This document shows, piece after piece, positions 37,731-48,144 of a stretch of 64,000 nucleotides of DNA (its first letter is position 1; every line of letters starts with the position of its first letter). Below the pieces are notes generated by a model, which worked only from the letters and a program-made list of their open reading frames with translations, was not told the origin of the DNA and ran no database searches. The DNA is from Gemmatimonadaceae bacterium (GTDB lineage Bacteria; Gemmatimonadota; Gemmatimonadetes; Gemmatimonadales; Gemmatimonadaceae), in contig JBHYGA010000004.1 of NCBI GenBank assembly GCA_051859245.1, positions 800,001 to 864,000 on the forward strand, read 5' to 3'. The translations under genes were made by a program, and so were the position numbers.

Positions 37731-39367
37731 GCGTGATTACGCTGCGCACGCAGCATGGCGCGCACGGTCTCGAGGGTGTCAGCGTCGGCGGCTGTTTTGT
37801 CGCGCCGCCAACGCGCAATGCGCGGAAAGCGAACGGCCAGACCACTTTTGTGGCGCGTGCTTTCCTGAATGCCTTCAAACGCGAGCTCAAACACGAGGCG
37901 CGGTTCTACGGTACGCACCGGTCCAAACTTCTCTTTGGTGTGTGCGCGCACAAAGCGATCCACTTCGCGAATCTCGGCATCGGTGAGCCCGGAGTACGCT
38001 TTGGCAAACGGAACGAGCGTGTTGTCCAGCCATACGGCAAAGGTGTAGTCGGTGTACAAACCGGATCGACGGCCATGTCCGGTCTGCGCGTACACGAGCA
38101 CGGCGTCTACACTCAACGGCGAAACTTTCCACTTCCACCACTCGCCCGCGCGACGCCCAACACCATAGGGCGAGTCCGCGCGCTTGAGCATCAGTCCCTC
38201 TGCTTCCTGTGCGCGTGCGTCGCTACGTAGACGACTCACATCATCCCAACTCTCAACCGCGATGACTGGTGAAAGACTGACCGCAAGCGGCGTCGCACCG
38301 ATTGCCTCATGTCGGTCGGTTAACAGAGAATGCACCCGCTCCAATGCCTCTCGTCTCACATGCATCGGTTCGCTGCGAATATCTCGTCCGTCAACTTCGA
38401 GACAGTCGTAGGCGACCAGATGCACGGGCACATCACTCAAGAGCTTTTTGCCCACCGTTTTGCGATTGAGCCGGCGCTGCAGCGCCGTGAACGGCATGGG
38501 GCGCTTGTCTTGCCACGCCAGCAGCTCGCCATCCAGCACCGTGCCGTCCGGTAGCAGTGAGAGCGACGCTTCTACTTCCGGGAATCGCCCGTTGAGCAAC
38601 TCCTCACCGCGACTCCACAAAAACACCTGGCCCCGACGCACAATAAGCTGCGCACGAATGCCGTCCCACTTGTACTCAATCTGCCACGCGTTCGGCGCAC
38701 CGAGCGTTTCCGGTTCCGCTTCAAGCGGATACGCAAGAAAGAACGGATAGGGGCGACTCCAGTCCGCGTCGCTGGTGGCGGTACTTACGAGCGTGCGGAA
38801 CCACTCGCCTGAGGGTTCCCACTGCCCCATGAGACGATGGGCAATCACGTCCGGTTCAACACCGCTGGTGCGGGCGAGTGCGCGAACCACAAGGCCATCG
38901 GATACGCCAACTCTGAACGCGCCGGTGAGCAGTTTGTTGTACACGAACCGGGCTGTTCCACGCAAGGTGCTCCACGCCTCGAACAGCTGCGTGCGCTGCG
39001 CGTCTGGTGTCAGTGTGCGCAGCGGCAACAATCGCTGCTCTACCCATGCGGCGAGACTGAGATCCACGGCACCCGCACCCTGCTCGACGCTCTCCGGAAT
39101 GAGTAGCGCAATCGTTTCCGCCAGGTCACCAACTTGCGCGTAGGATTCTTCGAACAGCCAATCCGGAATGTTCGCCAGCTCGGCCGCCCACAGTCGCAAA
39201 TCCGGGGCGCGCACGAGTCGTTTGGGTCTGCGTCCGGTAAGAAACGCAACGGCCCACGCCGCGTCGGCCGCGGGTGCATTCGCAAAATACTCCGCCAGCG
39301 CATCTGTCTTCGCCTGCGTACCGGTTGACGAATCGATAGCGTCATAGAGCGCCGCAAAACGGATCAT
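37727..39367 (-). CDS. ATP-dependent DNA ligase
   Basis: EYKWDGIR (KxDG), LDGEL, EGLMLK, WWKWK, VRFPRI. Confidence 0.95.
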   Translation of the reverse strand: MIRFAALYDAIDSSTGTQAKTDALAEYFANAPAADAAWAVAFLTGRRPKRLVRAPDLRLWAAELANIPDWLFEESYAQVGDLAETIALLIPESVEQGAGAVDLSLAAWVEQRLLPLRTLTPDAQRTQLFEAWSTLRGTARFVYNKLLTGAFRVGVSDGLVVRALARTSGVEPDVIAHRLMGQWEPSGEWFRTLVSTATSDADWSRPYPFFLAYPLEAEPETLGAPNAWQIEYKWDGIRAQLIVRRGQVFLWSRGEELLNGRFPEVEASLSLLPDGTVLDGELLAWQDKRPMPFTALQRRLNRKTVGKKLLSDVPVHLVAYDCLEVDGRDIRSEPMHVRREALERVHSLLTDRHEAIGATPLAVSLSPVIAVESWDDVSRLRSDARAQEAEGLMLKRADSPYGVGRRAGEWWKWKVSPLSVDAVLVYAQTGHGRRSGLYTDYTFAVWLDNTLVPFAKAYSGLTDAEIREVDRFVRAHTKEKFGPVRTVEPRLVFELAFEGIQESTRHKSGLAVRFPRIARWRRDKTAADADTLETVRAMLRAQRNHA

Positions 39368-40416
39368 GACGTAACTCCGTTCGCATCTGCGCTCGCGTTG
39401 GTGCTGTCGGTTTCGTCAACCGCGGCGTCATCACGTTCGCCCTCAAATCGTGTGGCGATCGCGCTCGCTTCGTAGCCATGTTCTGTGAGCCAACGCACCA
39501 CCGGGCCGGTAAATCCGTGTGTGACCCACACGCGTTCAGCGCCGGTGGCGGAGATGGCGCTCAATAGCTGGGGCCAGTCGACGTGGTCTGACAACGTGAA
39601 TCCTCGATCAACGCCGCGCCGTCGACGGGCTCCGCGCACCTGCATCCAGCCGCTTGCAAACGCGGCGGTGTGTTTGCCAAAGCGGCGTACCCAGGTGCTG
39701 CCATCAACGCTTGGTGGAGCCACAATAATGGCGCGTGCCCATGCCGGATCGCGCTGATCAACCGTAGCATAGGTGGTAGGCGGCATCGTGATGCCGGCCT
39801 CGCGATACAGCGCGGTCATGCTCTCGACGGCGCCATGCGTGAGAATTGGGCCAATGTCTGGATCGAGTCCGGACAGTAGACGCTGTGCTTTGCCGAGTGC
39901 GTAGCCGTAAAGCAGCGAGGCGCGGCCAGCGTTTGCGTTCTCGCGCCACCACTGGTTGATCTCGCCAAACACCTCGGTTTGCGCCGGCCAGCGATAGATG
40001 GGCAGGCCAAACGTGCTCTCGGTGATGAAGGTGTGGCACCGCACCGGTTCCCACGGCGCGCACGTGGTGTCAGCGTCCGTTTTGTAGTCACCGGATACCA
40101 CCCACACCTCACCCTTGTATTCCACGCGAATCTGTGCCGATCCGAGAATGTGGCCGGCGGGGTGCAGCGAGATCCGTACGCCGTTGATGGTCGTCGTTTC
40201 GCCATACGGTACCGCGCGCACACGATCCGCCTGCGCCCCCAGTCGATGACGCGAAACGCCGAGTCCCGCTTCGGAGACGAGATAGTGCCGGTGTCCCCAA
40301 CGCAGGTGATCGGCATGCGCGTGCGTGACTACGGCGCGGTCAACGGGCGCCCATGGGTCGATGAAGATGTCCGCCGCCTCGCACCAGAGGCCGCGATCCG
40401 TCAGGCGTAACAGCAT
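39364..40416 (-). CDS. ligase-associated MBL-fold exonuclease
   Basis: THAHADH, AGHILGS, SGDYK, ESTFGLP, LSDHVDW; start ATG 40416. Confidence 0.92.
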   Translation of the reverse strand: MLLRLTDRGLWCEAADIFIDPWAPVDRAVVTHAHADHLRWGHRHYLVSEAGLGVSRHRLGAQADRVRAVPYGETTTINGVRISLHPAGHILGSAQIRVEYKGEVWVVSGDYKTDADTTCAPWEPVRCHTFITESTFGLPIYRWPAQTEVFGEINQWWRENANAGRASLLYGYALGKAQRLLSGLDPDIGPILTHGAVESMTALYREAGITMPPTTYATVDQRDPAWARAIIVAPPSVDGSTWVRRFGKHTAAFASGWMQVRGARRRRGVDRGFTLSDHVDWPQLLSAISATGAERVWVTHGFTGPVVRWLTEHGYEASAIATRFEGERDDAAVDETDSTNASADANGVTS

Positions 40417-40468
40417 GGTAGTGAGTGTCTTGCGGCGCGTGTTCGTTCCGTCCCGTAATATGAGTGGC

Positions 40469-43027
40469 ATGACGCACAAACTCTTGCTACTGACCGTAGG
40501 GCTACTCTTGTTCGGCGCCGCGGCATGCAACCAGGACGACGTCCCTGCGCCGGACGCTGGCGTGTCGCGGGCGCTCGCTGAACATCGCGGGTCGAGCATT
40601 TCGGACCTGCGCTACGAGCTCGCGCTACGCGTTCCTGCTAGCCGGACGGAGGCCGTGACCGGCACCGTACACGTGCGATTCAGTTTGTCCGATGTGTCGC
40701 AGCCGCTCGTGCTCGATTTTCGCGCACCGTCCGATCATGTACTCGCTGTTCAGTTGAACGGCGATTCGGTCCAGTACGAGGTGCCACCCGATCACATTGT
40801 GATCCCTTCGCGCGCACTCACGGTAGGAGCGCAGACGGTTACGGTGTCGTTCCGCAGTACCGATGCCGCGCTGAACAGACAGGATGATCTGCTGTACGCC
40901 TTGTTTGTTCCGGATCGAGCGTCCACCGCCTTCCCGGTCTTTGAGCAGCCCAATCTGAAGGCGCGCTTCACGCTTGCCATGACGATCCCATCAGCGTGGC
41001 GAGCGATTTCGAATGGCGCCAAGCAACGAGAAGATGGTGTGGACGACCTGACGACCACGCTGCACTTCGCCGAAACCAAACCCATCAGCACGTATCTGTT
41101 CACGTTTGCGGCTGGTGTGTTTTCAACGGAGACCGCGGTGCGCAACGGTCGCACGCTCACCATGTACCATCGAGAAACGGATTCACTCAAGTTGCAGCGC
41201 AATCGCGAGGCAATTTTTGATCTGCATGCAGCGTCGCTCTCATGGCTGGAAGAGTACACCCAAATTCCATATCCGTTTGACGAGTTCGCATTTCTTGCGG
41301 TCCCAGCCTTTCAGTTTGGCGGCATGGAGCACCCCGGCGCGATCTGGTACCGCGCGGAGTCACTGTTTCTCGATCCAACCGCGTCGCGTACTCAGGAGCT
41401 TGGTCGTGCGAGTCTGATCGCGCACGAAACAGCGCACATGTGGTTTGGCGATCTGGTCACCATGCGATGGTTCGACGATGTGTGGATGAAAGAAGTCTTT
41501 GCAAATTTCATGGCCGCAAAGATTGCGGGTCCGTCGTTCCCCGAGCTGAATCTTCGCCTGCGATTTTTTCAGGCACATCATCCCACGGCGTACGCAGTGG
41601 ATCGGACGGCCGGCGCCAACGCGATTCGCCAGCCTCTGGAGAACCTGCGCGATGCGGGATCACTCTACGGTGCCATCATTTATCAGAAAGCGCCCGTGGT
41701 GATGCAGCAGCTCGAAGAGCTGATTGGCGCAGACGTCATGCGCGACGGGTTGCGGGAATACCTGAACCGCTTTCGCTACGGCAATGCCACATGGCCTGAT
41801 CTGATCGCCATCCTCGACGAGCGAAGCACGGAAGATCTGGCCACGTGGAGCCAGGTGTGGGTGAATGAGCCCGGCCGTCCTCGCATCACGGTCGAGCGGC
41901 GTGACTCCGGCCTCGTGCTCACGCAGTCTGACGATATGCCCAATCGCGCGTTGCGTTGGACGCAGCCGATCGTGATTGCCGTCGGAACCGGCGACCGTGA
42001 GGTGGAGCATCGGGTGTCGCTGCGTGAAGCATCCGCATTTCTTCCGCTCAAGGCGCAAGACACCACTACGTTCGTGCTGGCGGGTGCAGACGGCGTTGGC
42101 TACGCGCGATTTGTTCTCGACGCGGCGAGTCGTGATCACCTGCTGGAGAATGTCAACGCGCTCGACAACCCCATCCATCGTGCCGCCGCGTGGCAATCGT
42201 TGTGGGAAGAGGTACTCGACGATTCCATGGCGGCGCTCGACTTTGTTCGAGCGACAACGCGCGCGGTCGAACAGGAACAGGATGAACTCGTAGCGCAGCA
42301 AGTGCTCGGACTGTTGCGTGGTGCGTATTGGCGATTCCTTTCCGACTCATTGCGAACCGCCGTTGCGCCAAGTGTCGAACGTGCGCTTTGGAATGCACTG
42401 GATCGCGCACCCACACCGGGGCGCAAGGGAGCGTATTTCAGTACCATTGTCAGCGTTTCACTCTCTGCCGATGGCGTCAACAGACTGGAACGTATCTGGC
42501 GACGCGACGAAACGCCGCGCGGACTTCCGTTGGTTGAGCAACAGTACATTTCGCTGGCAGAAGCACTCGCGCTGCGCGGCGTACCCAACGCCGACTCCAT
42601 TCTTGACGCGCAGTCAACACGCATTACCAACCCGGATCGGCGCGCGCGTTTTGCCTTCGTTCGTCCCGCGTTCAGCCGCAACTTCCGTGTTCGTGACTCG
42701 TTGTTTCAGACGTTCACAAACGTAGAGAACCGACGCCGCGAATCGTGGGTGCTCGATGCCATGAGTGCCATGCATCATCCACTGCGGGCGAAAGAGGCAA
42801 TCGCACAGGTTGCGCCCAGTCTTGAACTCACCGAAGAAATCCAACGTACGGGCGATATTTTCTTCCCACTCCGATGGCTGAACGCCACGCTCGATGGACA
42901 TCGATCCAAAGAGGCCGCGGATCTGGTGCGCGCGTATCTGGCGAAGCATCCAGACCTTCCGCCGCGACTGCGCGGCAAGGTGTTACAAGCCGCGGACGAC
43001 CTCTATCGTGCGTCTACGAGGGAGTAA
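40469..43027 (+). CDS. pepN: M1 family aminopeptidase (lipoprotein)
   Basis: GGMEH, HETAHMWFGDLV...KE, YQK; lipobox AAAC. Confidence 0.9.
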   Translation: MTHKLLLLTVGLLLFGAAACNQDDVPAPDAGVSRALAEHRGSSISDLRYELALRVPASRTEAVTGTVHVRFSLSDVSQPLVLDFRAPSDHVLAVQLNGDSVQYEVPPDHIVIPSRALTVGAQTVTVSFRSTDAALNRQDDLLYALFVPDRASTAFPVFEQPNLKARFTLAMTIPSAWRAISNGAKQREDGVDDLTTTLHFAETKPISTYLFTFAAGVFSTETAVRNGRTLTMYHRETDSLKLQRNREAIFDLHAASLSWLEEYTQIPYPFDEFAFLAVPAFQFGGMEHPGAIWYRAESLFLDPTASRTQELGRASLIAHETAHMWFGDLVTMRWFDDVWMKEVFANFMAAKIAGPSFPELNLRLRFFQAHHPTAYAVDRTAGANAIRQPLENLRDAGSLYGAIIYQKAPVVMQQLEELIGADVMRDGLREYLNRFRYGNATWPDLIAILDERSTEDLATWSQVWVNEPGRPRITVERRDSGLVLTQSDDMPNRALRWTQPIVIAVGTGDREVEHRVSLREASAFLPLKAQDTTTFVLAGADGVGYARFVLDAASRDHLLENVNALDNPIHRAAAWQSLWEEVLDDSMAALDFVRATTRAVEQEQDELVAQQVLGLLRGAYWRFLSDSLRTAVAPSVERALWNALDRAPTPGRKGAYFSTIVSVSLSADGVNRLERIWRRDETPRGLPLVEQQYISLAEALALRGVPNADSILDAQSTRITNPDRRARFAFVRPAFSRNFRVRDSLFQTFTNVENRRRESWVLDAMSAMHHPLRAKEAIAQVAPSLELTEEIQRTGDIFFPLRWLNATLDGHRSKEAADLVRAYLAKHPDLPPRLRGKVLQAADDLYRASTRE

Positions 43028-44057
43028 TAATGGTGACACCAGCACGTGGTTCGGAGACCATGGTTGCGAGTGCACGCGGTGCATCCTCAAGCGCGATGTG
43101 GCGAGTGATCAGCTGATCAGGTTTGAGTTGACCCTGCGCCACCATCCGGAGCATTCGCGGATACGCGTGCGCCGCCATGCCGTGGCTGCCGACGAGCTCC
43201 AACTCGCGAGCAATAAGTAAATGCAGTGGCAGCCGCGGCTCGCTGTCGTCTCCCGCGAGCAAACCGATTTGCACGTGTCTGCCGTTCTTGCGCAGTGAGC
43301 ACAACGCTTGTGTCGCCGTCACTGCGGAGCCAAGTGCATCATACGCGCTGTCAACGCCGCCGTTCGTATGCGCACGAATCAGCTCGGCGACATCATTGTG
43401 CGCTCGCGCATTAAGTACGAACTCAGCGCCGGCCGCACTCGCGAGTGACAGCGCTTCGGCGGACACATCAACGGCAATGACGCGCGCACCAAGCGCACGG
43501 GCAATCATCACCGCGGAAAGCCCAACGCCGCCGCACCCAAACACGGCCACCCACTCGCCCTCGCGCACTCGACCCTGATCGACCACAGCGCGAAACGCGG
43601 TCGCGAAGCGGCAGCCGAGTGAGGCCGCGGTGCTGTACGGCATCGCGTCTGGAAGCGCCACCAGATTCACGTCGGCGTGATGGATCGCCACATACTCTGC
43701 GTACGAACCCCAGTGGGTGAATCCCGGTTGCGTTTGCACGTCGCACACTTGTCCGTCACCGCGCCTGCATGGCACACACGATCCGCAGGCGCAGACAAAG
43801 GGCACGGTCACACGATCTCCCACACGCCAGTTGGTCACGTGTGATCCAACCGCGGCCACTTCGCCGGCGAGCTCGTGTCCTGGTACATGCGGGAACGCCC
43901 GAATATCGGGGTCGTGCCCCTGCCAGCCGTGCCAGTCACTGCGGCACAGCCCAGTGGCGTGGACACGGATCACCACGCCGGACGACGACGGTGATGGGTC
44001 GGGCAGGGTCTCGCAGCGGAGCGGACCAGCAAAGGCATCAAAGAGAACAGCGCGCAT
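43014..44057 (-). CDS. zinc-dependent alcohol dehydrogenase (MDR family)
   Basis: CRSD, GHE, CGSCVPC...C, GCGGVG. Confidence 0.93.
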   Translation of the reverse strand: MRAVLFDAFAGPLRCETLPDPSPSSSGVVIRVHATGLCRSDWHGWQGHDPDIRAFPHVPGHELAGEVAAVGSHVTNWRVGDRVTVPFVCACGSCVPCRRGDGQVCDVQTQPGFTHWGSYAEYVAIHHADVNLVALPDAMPYSTAASLGCRFATAFRAVVDQGRVREGEWVAVFGCGGVGLSAVMIARALGARVIAVDVSAEALSLASAAGAEFVLNARAHNDVAELIRAHTNGGVDSAYDALGSAVTATQALCSLRKNGRHVQIGLLAGDDSEPRLPLHLLIARELELVGSHGMAAHAYPRMLRMVAQGQLKPDQLITRHIALEDAPRALATMVSEPRAGVTIITPS

Positions 44058-44121
44058 GCGCTATTTTACACAGAGATCATGCGCCGTGCATGATCCTTGC
44101 CCCAGCCCAACGAGTTCGCGC

Positions 44122-44994
44122 ATGACCACGCCGCTCGACGATCTGCTCACGCTGCTCGATCTGGAACCCCTTGAGGTCAACATCTACCGCGGTTTGAACC
44201 GCGACATCGGATCGTCGCGTGTCTTTGGTGGGCAGGTGTTTGCGCAGGCCCTCGTCGCGGCACGGCGCACGGTGGACGAAGCCCGGGAGGCGCACTCGGT
44301 GCACGGCTACTTCATTCTGCCAGGTGATCTTGAAGCGCCGATCGTGTACTTCGTGGATCGGTTGCGCGATGGATCAAGCTTTGCCACGCGGCGCGTGACG
44401 GCGATTCAGCATGGGCAGGCGATCTTCAACCTGTCGGCGTCCTTCCATCGGAGTGAAAACGGACTCTCGCACCAGGCGCCGATGCCCGATGTGCCGCCGC
44501 CAGAATCACTGCCCAGCGAACTCACGCTGCTCCGTGACATGGCGGAACGGATTCCTGAGAGTTATCGCGCCACGTGGACGCAGGATCGCCCGATCGATTT
44601 TCGCCCGGTCGATCCTGTTGATCCGTTTCAGGCCGACGTGCGGCCGCCGGTTCGGCAGCTGTGGTTCCGTGCAATCGGCAACATGCCCGACGAGCTGTTG
44701 TTACATCAGTCGGTGCTTGCGTATGCGTCGGACTACGCCCTGCTGACCACCGCGCTCCTACCGCATGGTGTGTCGTACCGGCAACCTGGATTGCAACTCG
44801 CCTCTCTTGATCACTCACTCTGGCTGCACCGCCCGTTTCGCGCCGATGAGTGGATGTTGTATGCAATGGACAGTCCGGTATCGTATGGTGCGCGCGGATT
44901 TTCGCGCGGCTCTATTTACTCGCAAACTGGTGAGTTGATTGCGTCGGTGGCGCAGGAAGGTTTGGTCCGACTGCGTAACACGACCGAGCGTTGA
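44122..44994 (+). CDS. tesB: acyl-CoA thioesterase II
   Basis: VFGGQV, LRDGSSF, AYASD, ASLDH, QEGL; start ATG 44122. Confidence 0.93.
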   Translation: MTTPLDDLLTLLDLEPLEVNIYRGLNRDIGSSRVFGGQVFAQALVAARRTVDEAREAHSVHGYFILPGDLEAPIVYFVDRLRDGSSFATRRVTAIQHGQAIFNLSASFHRSENGLSHQAPMPDVPPPESLPSELTLLRDMAERIPESYRATWTQDRPIDFRPVDPVDPFQADVRPPVRQLWFRAIGNMPDELLLHQSVLAYASDYALLTTALLPHGVSYRQPGLQLASLDHSLWLHRPFRADEWMLYAMDSPVSYGARGFSRGSIYSQTGELIASVAQEGLVRLRNTTER

Positions 44995-46115
44995 CGCCTC
45001 ACCTGCTGCTCGCAGGGTTAGGGCACGCGCATCTGTTCGTGCTCGAAGCACTCATCAAACGGCATATGCCCGCGTGTCGCGTGACCGTGTGCACTGCAGA
45101 GGTGCAGCACGTGTACTCGGGCATGGTTCCGGGCTGGTTGAGCGGTCTTTACTCGGCGGCCGATCTGTCGATTGATGTCGCCGTGCTGTGTTCGCGTGCG
45201 GGAGCGACGTTGTTACCACATCACGTCACGGCGATCAACGCCGCCGAGCGCACGGTCACGCTTGCCAACGGCCAACAGATTGCTTTTGATGTGTGCTCGC
45301 TTGCGGTGGGATCCATGCCAAGCGGTCTGCAGCTGCCAGGCGCAGCGCAGCATGCGATTCCGCTCAAGCCCCTTCAGCATGTTGAGCGTATTATCAGCAG
45401 CTTGGACTCACCGGCCGTTGTGGAGCGCGGCGTGTGTGTCGTTGGCGGTGGACTGGCCGGCGTGGAAATGGCCTTGGCCGCGCGCGCTCGCCTCAGCATG
45501 CGATCAACGCGTGATACTGTTCCGATCACGATTGTCACACGCGAGGCTACGCTATTCGCGAATCGAGGCGAAGGATTGCAGGCGAAGCTCCACGCTGCAT
45601 GCGCGCGTGCTCACGTGCGCGTAGTGACCAACGCCAAACCAGTTGCCGTACGCGAAGACGGCGTCGCGCTCGCCGACGGGACCGATGTGTCCGGGGCGCT
45701 CACCATCTGGGCCACGGGACCGTCGGCACAACCGTGGCTTGCCCAAAGTGATCTGGCCACAGATAGCGCGGGCTATGTACTGGTGAACGAAGCGCTGCAA
45801 TCGGTGTCGGCAAACGCCGTATTCGCGGCGGGAGATTGCGCCACGCTGCAACACGCTCCGGACACATCAAAAGCGGGCGTGTACGCCGTGCGCATGGGGC
45901 CCATGCTGGTGCGCGCGCTAAGTGATGCGTTGCGCGGGCGCGCGCCAGCGGTGCGCTACAGGCCACAGAAACGCTGGCTCGCGCTCGTGAGTACTGCCGA
46001 TGGACGCGCGATTGCGAGTTACGGCTCGCTGAGCGTCTCCGGCGCGTGGGCGATGTGGCTCAAGGACCGCATCGATCGCACGTTTATTGCGAGGTTCAGA
46101 AACGCGGGGGTGTAG
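44991..46115 (+). CDS. pyridine nucleotide-disulfide oxidoreductase resembling the N-terminal domain of SelD fusions
   Basis: GLGHAH, YSGMVPG, VGGGLAGVE, FAAGDCA, KAGVYAVR, WLKDRIDR. Confidence 0.8.
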   Translation: MTPHLLLAGLGHAHLFVLEALIKRHMPACRVTVCTAEVQHVYSGMVPGWLSGLYSAADLSIDVAVLCSRAGATLLPHHVTAINAAERTVTLANGQQIAFDVCSLAVGSMPSGLQLPGAAQHAIPLKPLQHVERIISSLDSPAVVERGVCVVGGGLAGVEMALAARARLSMRSTRDTVPITIVTREATLFANRGEGLQAKLHAACARAHVRVVTNAKPVAVREDGVALADGTDVSGALTIWATGPSAQPWLAQSDLATDSAGYVLVNEALQSVSANAVFAAGDCATLQHAPDTSKAGVYAVRMGPMLVRALSDALRGRAPAVRYRPQKRWLALVSTADGRAIASYGSLSVSGAWAMWLKDRIDRTFIARFRNAGV

Positions 46116-46866
46116 TCGGCTTCCGCTCATCGTCACCACGACGACGTGTGGCAATGAAGATCGCTCCCTGCGGCGCGCGCGGTCCGTAGGCCACCTGCGA
46201 CTGTTGCGCGTTCATGAACGCGATGAAGTACACGTCTTCCGGGTTGATGAACGCGATCGGGCCGAGCACTTGACCGTCAACCACAATGTCGAGGCATCGA
46301 TTGCTTCGCGAACTGGTAAAACATTCACCATCGCGACGCGGCATACGAATGCCGGCAATCGGATTGCGGCGCAGAAGATCCGAGAACTGCACCGCTTTGG
46401 TCCGATCCTGGGCGATGACATGCGGTTCAATCACCCGCCAGCCAAATCGGCGCGCCTCTGCGAGCTGTCCCGTATTGAAGTTCGGCTTCATCGCTACGGC
46501 GGTCACGGTCACGGTAGCGAGCGTTACACCGGTCACGGGCGCGAGCAGTTCCACGCTGAGCGAGTCGGCGTCTTCCGCGATGTCGAAGTAGCCGGAGAGT
46601 GTGGGCGCTACGCCGATTTTTCGTACGGAAAACCGGAGTTTGGGCACGCGCTTGGCATCCAGTGTGAACCTACCGTCTGCGGCGGATCGTGCTTCTGCGA
46701 CGGTGGCGCCGGTTGAGTCCACGAGCGTGATTGTGGCACCGACCACAGGCGATGTTGATGCCGAGTCTTTGAGGCTGCCCAATACGACCTGCGCGCGAAG
46801 CATGGGAGCAAACACCACACTGGTCGCGACGAACAACACCGCCAACTGAAGCACACGTGACAACAT
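46096..46866 (-). CDS. secreted CarboxypepD_reg + plug-like protein (single sandwich domain)
   Basis: Signal peptide LRAQ; RKIG; LATVTVTA; IVVDG..INPEDV..YG..GAIFIAT. Confidence 0.7.
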   Translation of the reverse strand: MLSRVLQLAVLFVATSVVFAPMLRAQVVLGSLKDSASTSPVVGATITLVDSTGATVAEARSAADGRFTLDAKRVPKLRFSVRKIGVAPTLSGYFDIAEDADSLSVELLAPVTGVTLATVTVTAVAMKPNFNTGQLAEARRFGWRVIEPHVIAQDRTKAVQFSDLLRRNPIAGIRMPRRDGECFTSSRSNRCLDIVVDGQVLGPIAFINPEDVYFIAFMNAQQSQVAYGPRAPQGAIFIATRRRGDDERKPTTPPRF

Positions 46867-46920
46867 GATCAGTCCCTCCGCACCACTCGAATAATCACGC
46901 GTGCACGCGTGACAGATGAA

Positions 46921-48060
46921 TTAGCCCGCGTTCGCGTCTGCGAAACTTTCCGCAAACGTTGGGGCCATGAGTCCCTCGAGGGACCGACCGTGTGGATCCT
47001 GATGTGAACGGATGTTGTTGACCATCTCGAGTGCGGTCTGCGTGAGCGGCGGCAGCGTCATAGACGATGTTCCAAGCGGCGTCACACGCTGTCCCCATTT
47101 GACCAGCAACGAGCAGTACGTCAGCCCTCCACCAAACGCCGGCAGCAGCAAGGTAGCGCCCGGTTTGACCCGTCCCGCTTCAAGGGCCTCCACCAGCGCA
47201 ACGGGAACAGTGGCCGCGCTCATGTTGCCATATTTCTCCACCGTCACAACCACGCGCTCCATCGGAATACCGGCGTATTTGGCGACGGCTTCGATGATGC
47301 GCAGGTTCGCCTGATGCGGCACCACGAGATCGACCTGATCTGCCGTGAGCCCCTGCTGTTCCAATACGCGCTTTGATGCATCAGACATGGCGTGAACGGC
47401 GCGCTTGAAAATTGCCTGTCCGTCAAAATCCCACAGCGTATCGCCGAAGGTGACGTCATGCAGCGCGTAGGTGCAGCCAAACCCTCGCACGCGCAGCGTG
47501 TGCCGGCCCTCTGCGTCACAGCCGAGAATGCTGCCGAGTACACCTTCTTCGTTGTCAGACGCTTGCAGTACAACCGCAGCGGCGCCGTCGCCAAAGAGCA
47601 CGGCGACATTACGATTCGACCAATCCATGTAGCGGCTGATCAGCTCCACGCCGATCACGATTGCATTGCGCACGACGCCCGTACGAATCATGGCCGTGGC
47701 GGTGGTAAGGCCATAACAGAAACTGGTGCACGCCGTATTCAGATCGATGCTCGCCGCCCGTGTCGCGCCCAGTGCCATTTGTACACCCGACGCACTGTTC
47801 GGTACGAGTTCGTCGTTGCTGACGCCGCCGTAAATGATCAAATCAACATCGGCGGCATCGAGCCCGGCGCAGGCCAGCGCTCGCGACGCGGCCACCGTGG
47901 ACAGCTCGATCGCACCCACGTGCGACACGCGACGCTCTTTCATACCGGTGCGCGACGAGATCCACTCGTCGGACGTGTCGAGAAAGGTGCTGAGGTCGTT
48001 GTTCGTGAGAATGGCCGGCGGCATGCAAGCGCCCCAGCCCGTGATCGCGGCGTAGGTCAT
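46921..48060 (-). CDS. fabH: 3-oxoacyl-ACP synthase III family protein
   Basis: DTSDEWI, ACTSF (catalytic Cys), LFGDGA, PHQAN, GNMSAA. Confidence 0.9.
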   Translation of the reverse strand: MTYAAITGWGACMPPAILTNNDLSTFLDTSDEWISSRTGMKERRVSHVGAIELSTVAASRALACAGLDAADVDLIIYGGVSNDELVPNSASGVQMALGATRAASIDLNTACTSFCYGLTTATAMIRTGVVRNAIVIGVELISRYMDWSNRNVAVLFGDGAAAVVLQASDNEEGVLGSILGCDAEGRHTLRVRGFGCTYALHDVTFGDTLWDFDGQAIFKRAVHAMSDASKRVLEQQGLTADQVDLVVPHQANLRIIEAVAKYAGIPMERVVVTVEKYGNMSAATVPVALVEALEAGRVKPGATLLLPAFGGGLTYCSLLVKWGQRVTPLGTSSMTLPPLTQTALEMVNNIRSHQDPHGRSLEGLMAPTFAESFADANAG

Positions 48061-48144
48061 CAGGATCGCGGTAAGGGATCAGGAGGGACCTGAAACATGC
48101 GCGCGAGAGGGTGTCGAGCGCGAGGGGGGCCGGCGCCCCACCCG

